From the NCBI GenBank assembly GCA_947303755.1, contig CAMYZF010000002.1, positions 1-47,224 on the forward strand: a DNA stretch of 47,224 bases, read 5' to 3'. The first letter of the stretch is position 1; each line of letters starts with the position of its first letter. The translations under genes and the position numbers were made by a program. This stretch comes from an uncultured Erysipelotrichaceae bacterium. Lineage in GTDB: Bacteria; Bacillota_I; Bacilli_A; RFN20; CAG-826. The notes beneath the pieces are model-generated. The model saw only the letters and a list, made by a program, of their open reading frames with translations, did not search any database and was not told the origin of the DNA. This document shows, piece by piece, positions 24,115-32,879 of this stretch.

Positions 24115-24117
24115 TGT
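24055..24117 (-). ncRNA. Predicted ~60-nt cis-antisense RNA over the 3' UTR of the peptide mRNA
   Basis: Minus-strand extended -10 TGcTATAAT (24132->24124) with TTGTCC (24151->24146) 16 nt upstream. TSS about 24117. A short hairpin AGTC-TGA-GACT is followed by TTCTTTTTTATTT, ending near 24055. Confidence 0.3.
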
Positions 24118-24139
24118 GCATACATTATAGCACATTTTT
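24115..24139 (+). terminator. Weak terminator of the peptide transcript; its loop holds the antisense -10 box
   Basis: TGTGC (24115-24119) / GCACA (24130-24134) followed by TTTTT. Confidence 0.45.
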
Positions 24140-24143
24140 ATAG

Positions 24144-25046
24144 ATGGACAATCTAGATTCATTATTTAACAAAAAAGAGTACGATTTGGTCATCAAATTG
24201 ACTGAATTATCTAATGATCCAAAAGATCTCTTTTTGCGTATTTCTTCTTATATTGCATTAGGTAAAACTGACGCTGCACTCGATACAATCGAGAAATATC
24301 AAACTCTCATTGAAACTAAATTTCCTTTTCAGCTAATGAAACTTCATTTTGAGCTACTCTTATCCAAGCAACTTTTTGATGAAGCAAATTTAGCGTTAAA
24401 ACATTACGAAAATCTCCCATATATTTCCCAAGAAGTTGAAGAATTTATGCGAGACATGAAACAAAGAATTATTGATGAATCTCATCCAAAAGGAACAAAG
24501 ACTGTTAATCTTGATGAGATTTATGACGTCTTAGAAATTAGCACCGATCAAAGCAAGATTTCTCAAGTTATTTTCTCTTTGAAAAATTATAATCTCAATA
24601 TTTATATTGATTCACTCAAAATCTTTTTAACTAGAGAAGATGTTCATCCAAACTTTAGGACATACGCTTTAATCTTGCTTGTGGATAATAAATATGATGA
24701 AAATATCAAGTTCTTATCTTTAAATGGAGTGGTGGAGGTTAATCCCGCTAAATTGTTCCCTCCATTTATGAGCAAGCAGTTTAATGAGGTGTGTAAATTA
24801 ATCACAATCAAAGCGGAACAAAATATCACTTTAACTGAAACTGCCCTCCATTTATTTAATTGTTTCATCATTGATACTTATCCTACTAACATCTATCAAG
24901 ACGGAACGGAAGAACTCGCTAAAGCCTTCATTCATATTGCTAAGTCTTATCTTAACATTGGTGATTCATCTATAGATGAAAACACTAAGAAATTAGCGAA
25001 CAATATCAAATACATTATCGAGTCAACACCCGATATTAAACTATAA
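24144..25046 (+). CDS. Hypothetical all-helical repeat protein (300 aa) upstream of tig-lon
   Basis: Long uninterrupted ORF with amphipathic helix-rich, TPR-like sequence. No catalytic motif recognised and no SD upstream. Confidence 0.6.
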   Translation: MDNLDSLFNKKEYDLVIKLTELSNDPKDLFLRISSYIALGKTDAALDTIEKYQTLIETKFPFQLMKLHFELLLSKQLFDEANLALKHYENLPYISQEVEEFMRDMKQRIIDESHPKGTKTVNLDEIYDVLEISTDQSKISQVIFSLKNYNLNIYIDSLKIFLTREDVHPNFRTYALILLVDNKYDENIKFLSLNGVVEVNPAKLFPPFMSKQFNEVCKLITIKAEQNITLTETALHLFNCFIIDTYPTNIYQDGTEELAKAFIHIAKSYLNIGDSSIDENTKKLANNIKYIIESTPDIKL

Positions 25047-25158
25047 TAAGTCCTGTCTAATAGACACAAAATATTAAAACTACATATATTGCTTGCGAGC
25101 CTAATAGCTTTGCAATATACTTTTACATAGTAAATTTAAGGAGATCATTTTTTAGATT

Positions 25159-26436
25159 ATGAAAAGAGAAGTTAAGAAACTAGAAAATTCAAAGGTCGAA
25201 GTCCTTTGCGATGTCGAACCAGCCTTATGGAAAGAATATCAAGAAAAAGCTTTTAAGAAATTAGCAGCCAATCTTGAACTCAAAGGATTCCGTAAAGGCA
25301 AAGTCCCAGAAGCAATGGCGAGAAAAGAAATTAACCAAGGCCAAATCTTTAATGAAGCCGTTAATCTCTCACTTCAACCAGCTTATGAAGAAGTCCTTCG
25401 CGAAGAAAAACTTCAACCATTCGCACGTCCAAGTGTTGATGTAACAAAGTTAAGTGATACAGATTTACAATTAAAATTCCTTATTACTTTAGCTCCAGAA
25501 GTTAAACTTGGCCAATATAAAGGCTTAGGCGTTAAAAAAGAAGCCGTCAAAGTCGAAGAAAAAGAAATCGACGCCGCAATCGATAAATTAGTTGCTCAAA
25601 ACGCTTCCTTAGTCGTTTCTGATAAACCAGCCAAGAAAGGCGATACAGTCGTCATGGATTTCGTTGGTAGTGTAGACGGCAAAGAATTTGAAGGCGGAAA
25701 AGCCGATAACTATTCCTTAGAACTCGGTTCCAATAGCTTCGTTCCAGGCTTTGAAGACCAATTAGTGGGTCATAAAGCCGGCGAAGATGTCGAAGTTAAA
25801 GTTACTTTCCCGACTCAATATGTTCCAGAATTAGCAGGCAAAGACGCAACATTCAAATGCAAGATTCACGAAGTGAAAGAAAAAGTTATTCCTGCTTTAG
25901 ATGAAGAATTAGTGAAAGATCTCAACATCCCAGAAGTTAAAGATGTTGCATCCTTAAGAGAATATGAAAAGAAATCATTAACTGCTCAAAAGGAAAATTC
26001 CGCTAATAACAAAGCCTTCAATGAAGTCATGGATAAGATTGTCGCGGGTGCGAAGGTTGAAATCGCTGACGAAATCATCAAAGATGAAATCGAAGGCATG
26101 AAACAAAACATGGAAAAACAAATTTCCCAACAAGGTTTAACCCTTGAACAATACTATTCCATCACCGGTCAAAAACCAGAAGATGTTGAAAAGCAAATGA
26201 AAGTTGATGCTGAAAAGAATTTGAAAGCCATACTTTGTATGGAAGAGATTGCTAAAGTCGAAAAGATCGAAGTCAGTGATGCTGATGTCGAATTCGAATT
26301 CTCCAAGATTGCTGATCAATACAAGATGGAAATCGAAAAAGTTAAAGAAATTCTTGGAAAAGATGTTTCCAGATTCAAAATGGAAATCCGTCAAAGACGC
26401 ATTCAAGAATTCATCGCTAGAGAAAATATCGCTTAA
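25159..26436 (+). CDS. tig: Trigger factor
   Basis: N-terminal GFRKGKVP ribosome-binding motif, an FKBP-type PPIase core (DFVGSVDGKEFEGG...PGFEDQLVGHKAGE), and a C-terminal helical arm domain. Confidence 0.95.
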   Translation: MKREVKKLENSKVEVLCDVEPALWKEYQEKAFKKLAANLELKGFRKGKVPEAMARKEINQGQIFNEAVNLSLQPAYEEVLREEKLQPFARPSVDVTKLSDTDLQLKFLITLAPEVKLGQYKGLGVKKEAVKVEEKEIDAAIDKLVAQNASLVVSDKPAKKGDTVVMDFVGSVDGKEFEGGKADNYSLELGSNSFVPGFEDQLVGHKAGEDVEVKVTFPTQYVPELAGKDATFKCKIHEVKEKVIPALDEELVKDLNIPEVKDVASLREYEKKSLTAQKENSANNKAFNEVMDKIVAGAKVEIADEIIKDEIEGMKQNMEKQISQQGLTLEQYYSITGQKPEDVEKQMKVDAEKNLKAILCMEEIAKVEKIEVSDADVEFEFSKIADQYKMEIEKVKEILGKDVSRFKMEIRQRRIQEFIARENIA

Positions 26437-26464
26437 TTATTAACCCCTGAAAGGAGGACTAATT

Positions 26465-28795
26465 ATGCCTTCCAAAAAAGAAAAATTTACTTTACCACTT
26501 TTAATTACAAAGTCTTTTACTGTTTTCCCAGGAAAGAAAGACATTGCGATTGATGCTGGTCGAGATTTTTCCATTAAAGCCATCAATGCCTCAAGAGATA
26601 ACAACTCTTCCTTAATTTTAGTTGTTGCTCAAAAAGACTCCGCAATTGATGTGCCAACTCAAAAAGATTTATATGAAATCGGCACTTTGTGCCGTATCAC
26701 CTCATATAGCGACATGAAAACCTATGTTCGTGTCCGCATTATGGGTAGCGCAAGAGTGCATATTAACAACGTTTCGTTTGATGCCTCTGGCTTCTTTGTT
26801 GCTGATTCACACAAAGTTGAAGATGTGATGGGGGATGAAAGAAAAATTGTTGCTTTAACCAAAACAATTATCACTTCTTTACAAAACGTTCCACAAATTA
26901 CATCTTCAATTCCAAGAACTGCATTAGTGGAGCTTAACACCAAAGGTGCAGATCCAGCCGAATTGGCAGACTTCCTCGCTCCATATCTTCCATTAACTGA
27001 CGAAGGAAGACAAATTCTTCTTTCAGAAGCTAATGTCGAAAAACGTTTAACTTTTGTTTTACAAACAATCAATGAAGCGATTGAAGAAGCTAAGATTGAT
27101 AACGAAATATCTAAAGATGTTGCTCAATCGACTGAAAAGCAACAAAGAGACTACATCCTTAGAGAGAAACTTCGCGCTATTAAAAAAGAACTTGGTGAAG
27201 ACGCTGAAGCTCAGGATGATGAAGAGTCAATCAAGAAAAGGCTTGAAAATAATCCTTATCCAGATCACGTCAAAGCCAAAGTTAAAAACGAACTCAAACG
27301 TTATTCAATGATGCCACAAGCCTCGCTTGAATCTTCGCTTATCATGAGCTATATCCAAACTCTTATGGATGTACCTTGGTATGAAGAAACCAAAGACAAT
27401 GATGACATCGACAACGTTAAGAAAATTTTAGATGAAGACCATTATGGTCTTGTTGACGTAAAAAAACGTATCGTTGAATATTTAGCAGTCAAGAAAATGA
27501 CTGGTAATTTAAAGGCACCAATTCTTTGTTTCTATGGCCCGCCAGGATGCGGAAAAACATCTTTGGGCAAATCTATCGCAAGAGCGCTTGGAAGAAAATT
27601 CTTCAAAGCTTCTTTAGGTGGAATTTCTGATGAAGCAGAGATTAGAGGCCACCGTCGTACATACGTTGGTTCAATGCCTGGACGTATTATCTCAGGTATG
27701 AAGCGCGTAGGGGTTATAAATCCAGTCTTCCTTTTGGACGAAGTTGATAAACTCGCTTCCTCCTATAAGGGTGACCCAGCTTCCGCTTTACTTGAAGTTT
27801 TAGATCCAGAACAAAACTTTGCCTTCAATGATAACTATCTTGAAGAACCATATGATTTAAGTAACGTCTTATTCATCTGCACTGCGAACTATTTAGAGAA
27901 TATTCCTGCTCCTCTTCGCGATAGATTAGAACTCATTGAAGTCAATTCTTATACCGAATTTGAAAAGGTTAAAATTGCTAAAGGTTTCTTATTCAAGAAA
28001 CAACTTGAAGCAAATGGCTTAAAATCTCGTCAAATTTCCATTAGTGACGAATCTTATCATTACGTCATTCAAAAATACACTCGTGAAGCGGGTGTCCGTG
28101 AACTTGAACGTAAGATTGCTTCACTTATGAGAAAAGCGGTGGTTGAGCTTCTTTCTAACAAAGAAATTAAGAAGATCGAAATCACTCCTGAAGTCGTCAC
28201 CAAATATTTAGGTGCACCTCTATTTGATAACACCAAGAAAGAAAAGAAACCACAAATTGGAGTGGTTACTGGCTTAGCCTACACCCAATTTGGTGGAGAT
28301 ATTCTTCCAATTGAAGTCAATTTCTTCCCTGGCAAGGGAAATCTTGTCTTAACTGGCAAACTTGGCGATGTTATGAAAGAAAGTGCCTCAATTGCTTATG
28401 ACTACGTTAGAAGCAATGCGAATAAATACAAAATTGATTCCAAATTATTTGCGGATAACGATATCCATATCCATGTTCCAGAAGGAGCAGTGCCAAAAGA
28501 TGGCCCAAGTGCAGGTGTAGCTTTAACAACTGCGATTGTCTCTTGCTTCACAAACACTCCAGTAAACAACGAAGTTGCGATGACTGGTGAAGTTACCTTA
28601 AGAGGTAATGCTTTGCCAATTGGCGGCTTAAGAGAAAAATCTTTAGCGGCTCTTCGTTCTGGCATTAAAACTATCATCGTTCCAAATGAAAACAAGAAAG
28701 ATGTCACCGAACTTCCAAAAGAAGTTAAAGACGGCATCAATATTGTCTACATGAATACGGTGGATGATGCTTTAAAAGTTGCTTTATTAAAATGA
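26465..28795 (+). CDS. lon: ATP-dependent Lon protease (LonA type)
   Basis: Walker A GPPGCGKTS, Walker B VFLLDEVDK, and catalytic-serine motif PKDGPSAGVA with a downstream lysine region. Confidence 0.97.
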   Translation: MPSKKEKFTLPLLITKSFTVFPGKKDIAIDAGRDFSIKAINASRDNNSSLILVVAQKDSAIDVPTQKDLYEIGTLCRITSYSDMKTYVRVRIMGSARVHINNVSFDASGFFVADSHKVEDVMGDERKIVALTKTIITSLQNVPQITSSIPRTALVELNTKGADPAELADFLAPYLPLTDEGRQILLSEANVEKRLTFVLQTINEAIEEAKIDNEISKDVAQSTEKQQRDYILREKLRAIKKELGEDAEAQDDEESIKKRLENNPYPDHVKAKVKNELKRYSMMPQASLESSLIMSYIQTLMDVPWYEETKDNDDIDNVKKILDEDHYGLVDVKKRIVEYLAVKKMTGNLKAPILCFYGPPGCGKTSLGKSIARALGRKFFKASLGGISDEAEIRGHRRTYVGSMPGRIISGMKRVGVINPVFLLDEVDKLASSYKGDPASALLEVLDPEQNFAFNDNYLEEPYDLSNVLFICTANYLENIPAPLRDRLELIEVNSYTEFEKVKIAKGFLFKKQLEANGLKSRQISISDESYHYVIQKYTREAGVRELERKIASLMRKAVVELLSNKEIKKIEITPEVVTKYLGAPLFDNTKKEKKPQIGVVTGLAYTQFGGDILPIEVNFFPGKGNLVLTGKLGDVMKESASIAYDYVRSNANKYKIDSKLFADNDIHIHVPEGAVPKDGPSAGVALTTAIVSCFTNTPVNNEVAMTGEVTLRGNALPIGGLREKSLAALRSGIKTIIVPNENKKDVTELPKEVKDGINIVYMNTVDDALKVALLK

Positions 28796-29367
28796 TAAAT
28801 TTCCGAAAAGTCACTTTTATAAAAAGTGTCACCAATTATTTGGATAGGCCAGAAAAGGATCTTCCAGAGGTCCTTTTTGTGGGTAAATCCAATGTCGGAA
28901 AATCTTCACTTATCAATGCGTTAACTAATAACAAAAACCTAGCCTATACATCTTCTAAACCAGGTTACACCAAACTTCTAAACTATTTTGAAGTTGATAA
29001 CACTTTCTATTTAGTGGATGCTCCAGGATATGGCTATACCTCAACAGGTTCTAGACACTTAGATAGTTTTGGAGAGATGATGGAAAAATATTTCCAAAAT
29101 CCTCATCTAAAATTAGTTATCTTCATCGTTGATTCTAGACATAAACTTGGTGAGAATGATGTGATGTTTTATCATTTTTTAAATGATAATAATATTCCAT
29201 TTGTCTTAGTTGCAAGCAAAGTTGATAAGCTTAATCAAAGTGAAAAAGCTGCGATGAAAAAGAATATCGCTAGCGTCATTAAAGATGAAGAATTTATCGC
29301 TTTATCTTCCTTAAAAGGAATTGGTCTAGACTGCTTAAAAGCGAAAATCTCACATTATGTAAAGTAA
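28792..29367 (+). CDS. engB: Ribosome-biogenesis GTPase EngB/YsxC
   Basis: GKSNVGKSSLINAL (G1), DAPGYG (G3), SKVDK (G4). ATGA overlap with the lon stop. Confidence 0.92.
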   Translation: MINFRKVTFIKSVTNYLDRPEKDLPEVLFVGKSNVGKSSLINALTNNKNLAYTSSKPGYTKLLNYFEVDNTFYLVDAPGYGYTSTGSRHLDSFGEMMEKYFQNPHLKLVIFIVDSRHKLGENDVMFYHFLNDNNIPFVLVASKVDKLNQSEKAAMKKNIASVIKDEEFIALSSLKGIGLDCLKAKISHYVK

Positions 29368-29373
29368 ACATTA

Positions 29374-29401
29374 TTGATAAATAAATGTTGCTTGCTATAA
29401 T
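29374..29401 (+). promoter_or_regulatory. valS promoter TTGATA-16-(TGc)TATAAT
   Basis: TTGATA 29374-29379, TG 29393-29394, TATAAT 29396-29401. Confidence 0.7.
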
Positions 29402-29407
29402 TTAAAT

Positions 29408-29610
29408 ACCGTTGAACAAGAAGTTATTTAGGTCATTTAGTCTAGAGAGCGGTGCAATGGTGGAATAACCGTCTAAATCCTAAATATGGTCGCTTGCGAG
29501 GTTGAACAATAGTTCCGTAAATCTGCGATAAAGATAATGAGTGCTATAACTATGTTATAGAATTAAGGTGGTACCACGTTAATAGCGTCCTTAAATTAGG
29601 ACGCTTTTAT
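29408..29610 (+). promoter_or_regulatory. T-box leader (tRNA-sensing riboswitch), valine-specific candidate
   Basis: AGAGAG box (29444-29449). T-box sequence AATTAAGGTGGTACCACG (29561-29578). Terminator AGCGTCCT/AGGACGCT (29584-29606) followed by TTTTAT. Candidate specifier GUC at 29489-29491. valS lies downstream. Confidence 0.85.
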
Positions 29611-29626
29611 ATTAGGAGGAGATCTT

Positions 29627-32176
29627 ATGTTAGAAAAACGTTATGATCCAAAGAAAGTTGAAGAAGGTAAATACGATTCTTGGAAAAAAGAAGGCTATTT
29701 TACCGCTGGAGATATTTCCAAGAAACCATTTTCAATGGTTATTCCTCCTCCAAATGTCACTGGAAAACTCCACCTTGGTCACGCTTGGAATACAACCATT
29801 CAAGATATAACCGCAAGATATAAAAAGCTTCAGGGCTACGATGTTATGTGGCTAGCAGGTATGGACCACGCTGGCATCGCTACCCAAGCTAAAGTTGAAG
29901 AAAAACTTCGTAAAGAAGGTTTATCTAGATACGATCTTGGTCGTGAGAAGTTTTTAGATAGAGCGTGGCAGTGGAAAGCCGAATACGCGGATAACATTCA
30001 CAAACAATGGGCGAAAATGGGCTTAATGCTCGATTATAGCCGCGAAAGATTCACTTTAGATGAATCTCTTAACAAAGCTGTTGTTCATGTCTTTAAGACA
30101 CTTTATGACAAAGGTTTGATCTATCGCGGTGAAAGAATCATCAATTTCGACCCTGAATTAAAGACTGCTTTAAGTAACATTGAAGTCGAATATAGCGAAG
30201 ACAAAGGCAAATTCTATTATTTTAAATATCCAATCGTTGGCTCTAACGAATTTTTAGTGGTCGCCACAACTCGTCCTGAAACAATGTTTGGTGATACAGC
30301 TGTTTTTGTTAATCCAAAGGATAAACGCTACAAACATTTAATCGGTAAAAAAGTTATTAACCCAGCTAACGAAGAAGCTCTTCCAATCATGGGTGATGAA
30401 TATGTCGATATCGAATTCGGTACTGGGGCGATGAAATGTACTCCAGCGCACGATCCTAACGACTTCGCTTTAAGCGAAAAATATAATTTAAAACGCATTG
30501 TCTGCATGGATTTAAATGCAAAGATGAACGAAAATTGCGGCAAATATAAAGGTTTAGACCGTTATGAATGCCGTGACAAATTAGTTGAACAAATCCAAAA
30601 AGATGGTCGCCTAATTAAGATCGAAGATATCGTTCACACTGTCGGCCATTCCGAAAGAAGCCATACAGTAGTGGAACCAATGCTTATGAAACAATGGTTC
30701 GTCAAAATGCGCCCACTTGCTGATCAAGCTCTAAAAAAATCTACAGTGAACTTTGTTCCAGCTAGATTTAACAATACCTTTAGACAATGGATGGAAAACG
30801 TTGATGACTGGTGTATCTCTCGTCAGCTTTGGTGGGGACATCGTATTCCTGCTTATTATAATAAGCAAACTGGTGATATTATCGTCAGCGAAAAACCTAT
30901 CAACGATCCAAACTATTATCAAGATGAAGACGTTTTAGATACTTGGTTCTCATCCGCACTTTGGCCGTTTGCAACTCTAGGTTGGCCAAATGAAAACGCA
31001 CCAGACTATAAGAGATATTTCCCGAATTCACTTTTAGTGACTGCTTATGACATTATCTTCTTCTGGGTTTCTAGAATGATTTTTGATTCACTAGAATTCA
31101 CTAAAGAATCTCCATTTAAAGATTGTTTAATCCATGGATTAATTAGAGATTCACAAGGTCGTAAGATGTCTAAGTCGCTCGGAAATGGAATCGACCCAAT
31201 CGATGTCATCGATAAATACGGGGTGGACGCTTTAAGATATTTCTTAACAACAGGTTCTGCTCCTGGACAAGATATCCGTTACATCGAAGAGAAAGTTCAA
31301 GCCAGTGCCAACTATCTTAATAAGATTTGGAACTCCGCTAGATATGTTTTGGAATCTCTTGGAGATAACTTCAAAGAAGTTAAGATTGACTTTAATTCTT
31401 TAAATGTTGTTGAAAAAGACATTTTAACTAAATTGAATAAGACCATTAAAACAGTTGAATCTTTGATGGATAAATACGAATATTCAATGGCCTCATCTTA
31501 TTTATATAATTTCGTTTATGATGATTTCTGCTCTTCATATCTAGAGATGAGTAAAGTCTCGTTACAAATGGGCGATGATAAATATAAAGAAGTGGTTAAA
31601 TCAGTATTACTTCATATTCTAAAGAATATCATTATCATGATTTACCCATTCGCTCCATTTATTGGCGAGGAATTATATTTAGCGCTCCCAGAGCATAAGA
31701 AATCAATCATGCTTGAATCATACGCTAAAGCGTTAGATATCAAAGAAGAAGAATACGAACAAGTGTCTAATCTTTATAAGATGATTCAAGATATCCGTAA
31801 CTACAAAGTGAATAACAAACTCGCTCCTAATTACAAACTTAAATTCATCGTTGAAGCAAAAGATGTTTTCCCAGGATTCAATGATTATTTAGCGAGATTT
31901 AGCTTTGCTAAAGAAATCGTTGTAGTTGAAAAAGCTTCCTCTAAAGGTATGCGCTACGCATATAAGGATATGAACTTATATATTGAAGACGATATTTCTA
32001 AAGAAGAACTTGAAGCGAAAAAAGCTAAAGATATTGCATTCTTGAAAGCTGAGATCGCCAGAAGTGAAGGCATGCTAAATAATGCAAACTTTGTTTCTAA
32101 GGCTCCAAAAGAAAAGGTCGATCTTGAAAGAGCAAAACTCGCTGAATTCAAAAAGAAACTTGCAGAGCTTAACTAA
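29627..32176 (+). CDS. valS: Valine--tRNA ligase
   Basis: PPPNVTGKLHLGHA (HIGH), KMSKSLGN (KMSKS), and a C-terminal coiled coil typical of ValRS. Confidence 0.97.
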   Translation: MLEKRYDPKKVEEGKYDSWKKEGYFTAGDISKKPFSMVIPPPNVTGKLHLGHAWNTTIQDITARYKKLQGYDVMWLAGMDHAGIATQAKVEEKLRKEGLSRYDLGREKFLDRAWQWKAEYADNIHKQWAKMGLMLDYSRERFTLDESLNKAVVHVFKTLYDKGLIYRGERIINFDPELKTALSNIEVEYSEDKGKFYYFKYPIVGSNEFLVVATTRPETMFGDTAVFVNPKDKRYKHLIGKKVINPANEEALPIMGDEYVDIEFGTGAMKCTPAHDPNDFALSEKYNLKRIVCMDLNAKMNENCGKYKGLDRYECRDKLVEQIQKDGRLIKIEDIVHTVGHSERSHTVVEPMLMKQWFVKMRPLADQALKKSTVNFVPARFNNTFRQWMENVDDWCISRQLWWGHRIPAYYNKQTGDIIVSEKPINDPNYYQDEDVLDTWFSSALWPFATLGWPNENAPDYKRYFPNSLLVTAYDIIFFWVSRMIFDSLEFTKESPFKDCLIHGLIRDSQGRKMSKSLGNGIDPIDVIDKYGVDALRYFLTTGSAPGQDIRYIEEKVQASANYLNKIWNSARYVLESLGDNFKEVKIDFNSLNVVEKDILTKLNKTIKTVESLMDKYEYSMASSYLYNFVYDDFCSSYLEMSKVSLQMGDDKYKEVVKSVLLHILKNIIIMIYPFAPFIGEELYLALPEHKKSIMLESYAKALDIKEEEYEQVSNLYKMIQDIRNYKVNNKLAPNYKLKFIVEAKDVFPGFNDYLARFSFAKEIVVVEKASSKGMRYAYKDMNLYIEDDISKEELEAKKAKDIAFLKAEIARSEGMLNNANFVSKAPKEKVDLERAKLAEFKKKLAELN

Positions 32177-32187
32177 CATACATAATT

Positions 32188-32213
32188 AGGGATCAAAATT
32201 GGTCCCTTTTTTT
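32188..32213 (+). terminator. Intrinsic terminator of valS
   Basis: AGGGATC / GGTCCCT stem followed by TTTTTTT. Confidence 0.8.
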
Positions 32214-32237
32214 AATCTCTAAATTTTTTAATATGAC

Positions 32238-32257
32238 GAAGATGATATATCATCTTC
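32238..32257. repeat. Perfect 20-bp palindrome GAAGATGATATATCATCTTC upstream of comEA
   Basis: Exact dyad, followed by TTTTC on the plus strand. Confidence 0.9.
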
Positions 32258-32333
32258 TTTTCATTAAGAAAACTTTTTCAAAAAAATCTGTGTTTGCCTC
32301 CGTAATAAGTATAGTGAAAGGAGAAAAAAAGTT

Positions 32334-32879
32334 ATGGTCAAAGTCTTTGCAGCGGTCCTAATAACGGCGGTGATCATGATTGTCGTTTTTCAATTCATTG
32401 ATCCTAACGTATCTAGTACGGTTGTTGGTGGAAACGCTTCTACCACTTTGGTTTCTGGTGCCACCAATTCCATCAGCGTGTCAATATCTGGAGAGGTGAC
32501 TCGCCCTGGAACTTATATACTAGAGCCAAACACGACCTTAGGAGATTTAATCTCCTTGGCTAGCGGCGCAACATCTAACGCCGATGATGCTGCTTACGAC
32601 ACATCTTACTTGCTAGAAGATTCGCTTAGCTTTTATATCGCTCCAAAATACAACAATAGCGACGTTTGTAGTATGGATCCGATCGTTAAAGTCAATATCA
32701 ATGCCGATGATGAAGCACAGCTTCAAACAGTTTCTGGCATTGGTTCTTCGGCTGCCAAAGCAATTGTGAGCTATAGAGGCTCAAAAGGTAAGTTTGGTCG
32801 TATAGAAGACGTCAAAAAAGTTAGCGGAATAGGCAACGCTACATTCGAAAAAATCAAGAATTATATCCGTCTTAGATGA
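32334..32879 (+). CDS. comEA: Competence protein ComEA (membrane-anchored DNA receptor)
   Basis: N-terminal TM helix, an SLBB-like middle region (GEVTRPGTYIL), and tandem helix-hairpin-helix motifs LQTVSGIGSSAAKAIVSYR and VKKVSGIGNATFEKI. Confidence 0.9.
   Translation: MVKVFAAVLITAVIMIVVFQFIDPNVSSTVVGGNASTTLVSGATNSISVSISGEVTRPGTYILEPNTTLGDLISLASGATSNADDAAYDTSYLLEDSLSFYIAPKYNNSDVCSMDPIVKVNINADDEAQLQTVSGIGSSAAKAIVSYRGSKGKFGRIEDVKKVSGIGNATFEKIKNYIRLR

Noticed and set aside
23936-24121. 61-aa minus-strand ORF from the track (MHKNGASGTKLIVQ...) overlapping the small-peptide locus
   Set aside because: No SD, odd composition (Arg/Ser-rich), and it spans both pairing arms and the antisense of a well-signalled plus-strand mini-ORF. 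The region is better explained as RNA-level structure plus the 29-aa plus-strand peptide.
25047-26464. Looked for CIRCE elements upstream of tig and lon, since lon is CIRCE-controlled in some Mollicutes
   Set aside because: No TTAGCACTC/GAGTGCTAA-like arms are present, only unrelated hairpins (TGTCT-AAT-AGACA, ATATTGC...GCAATAT).
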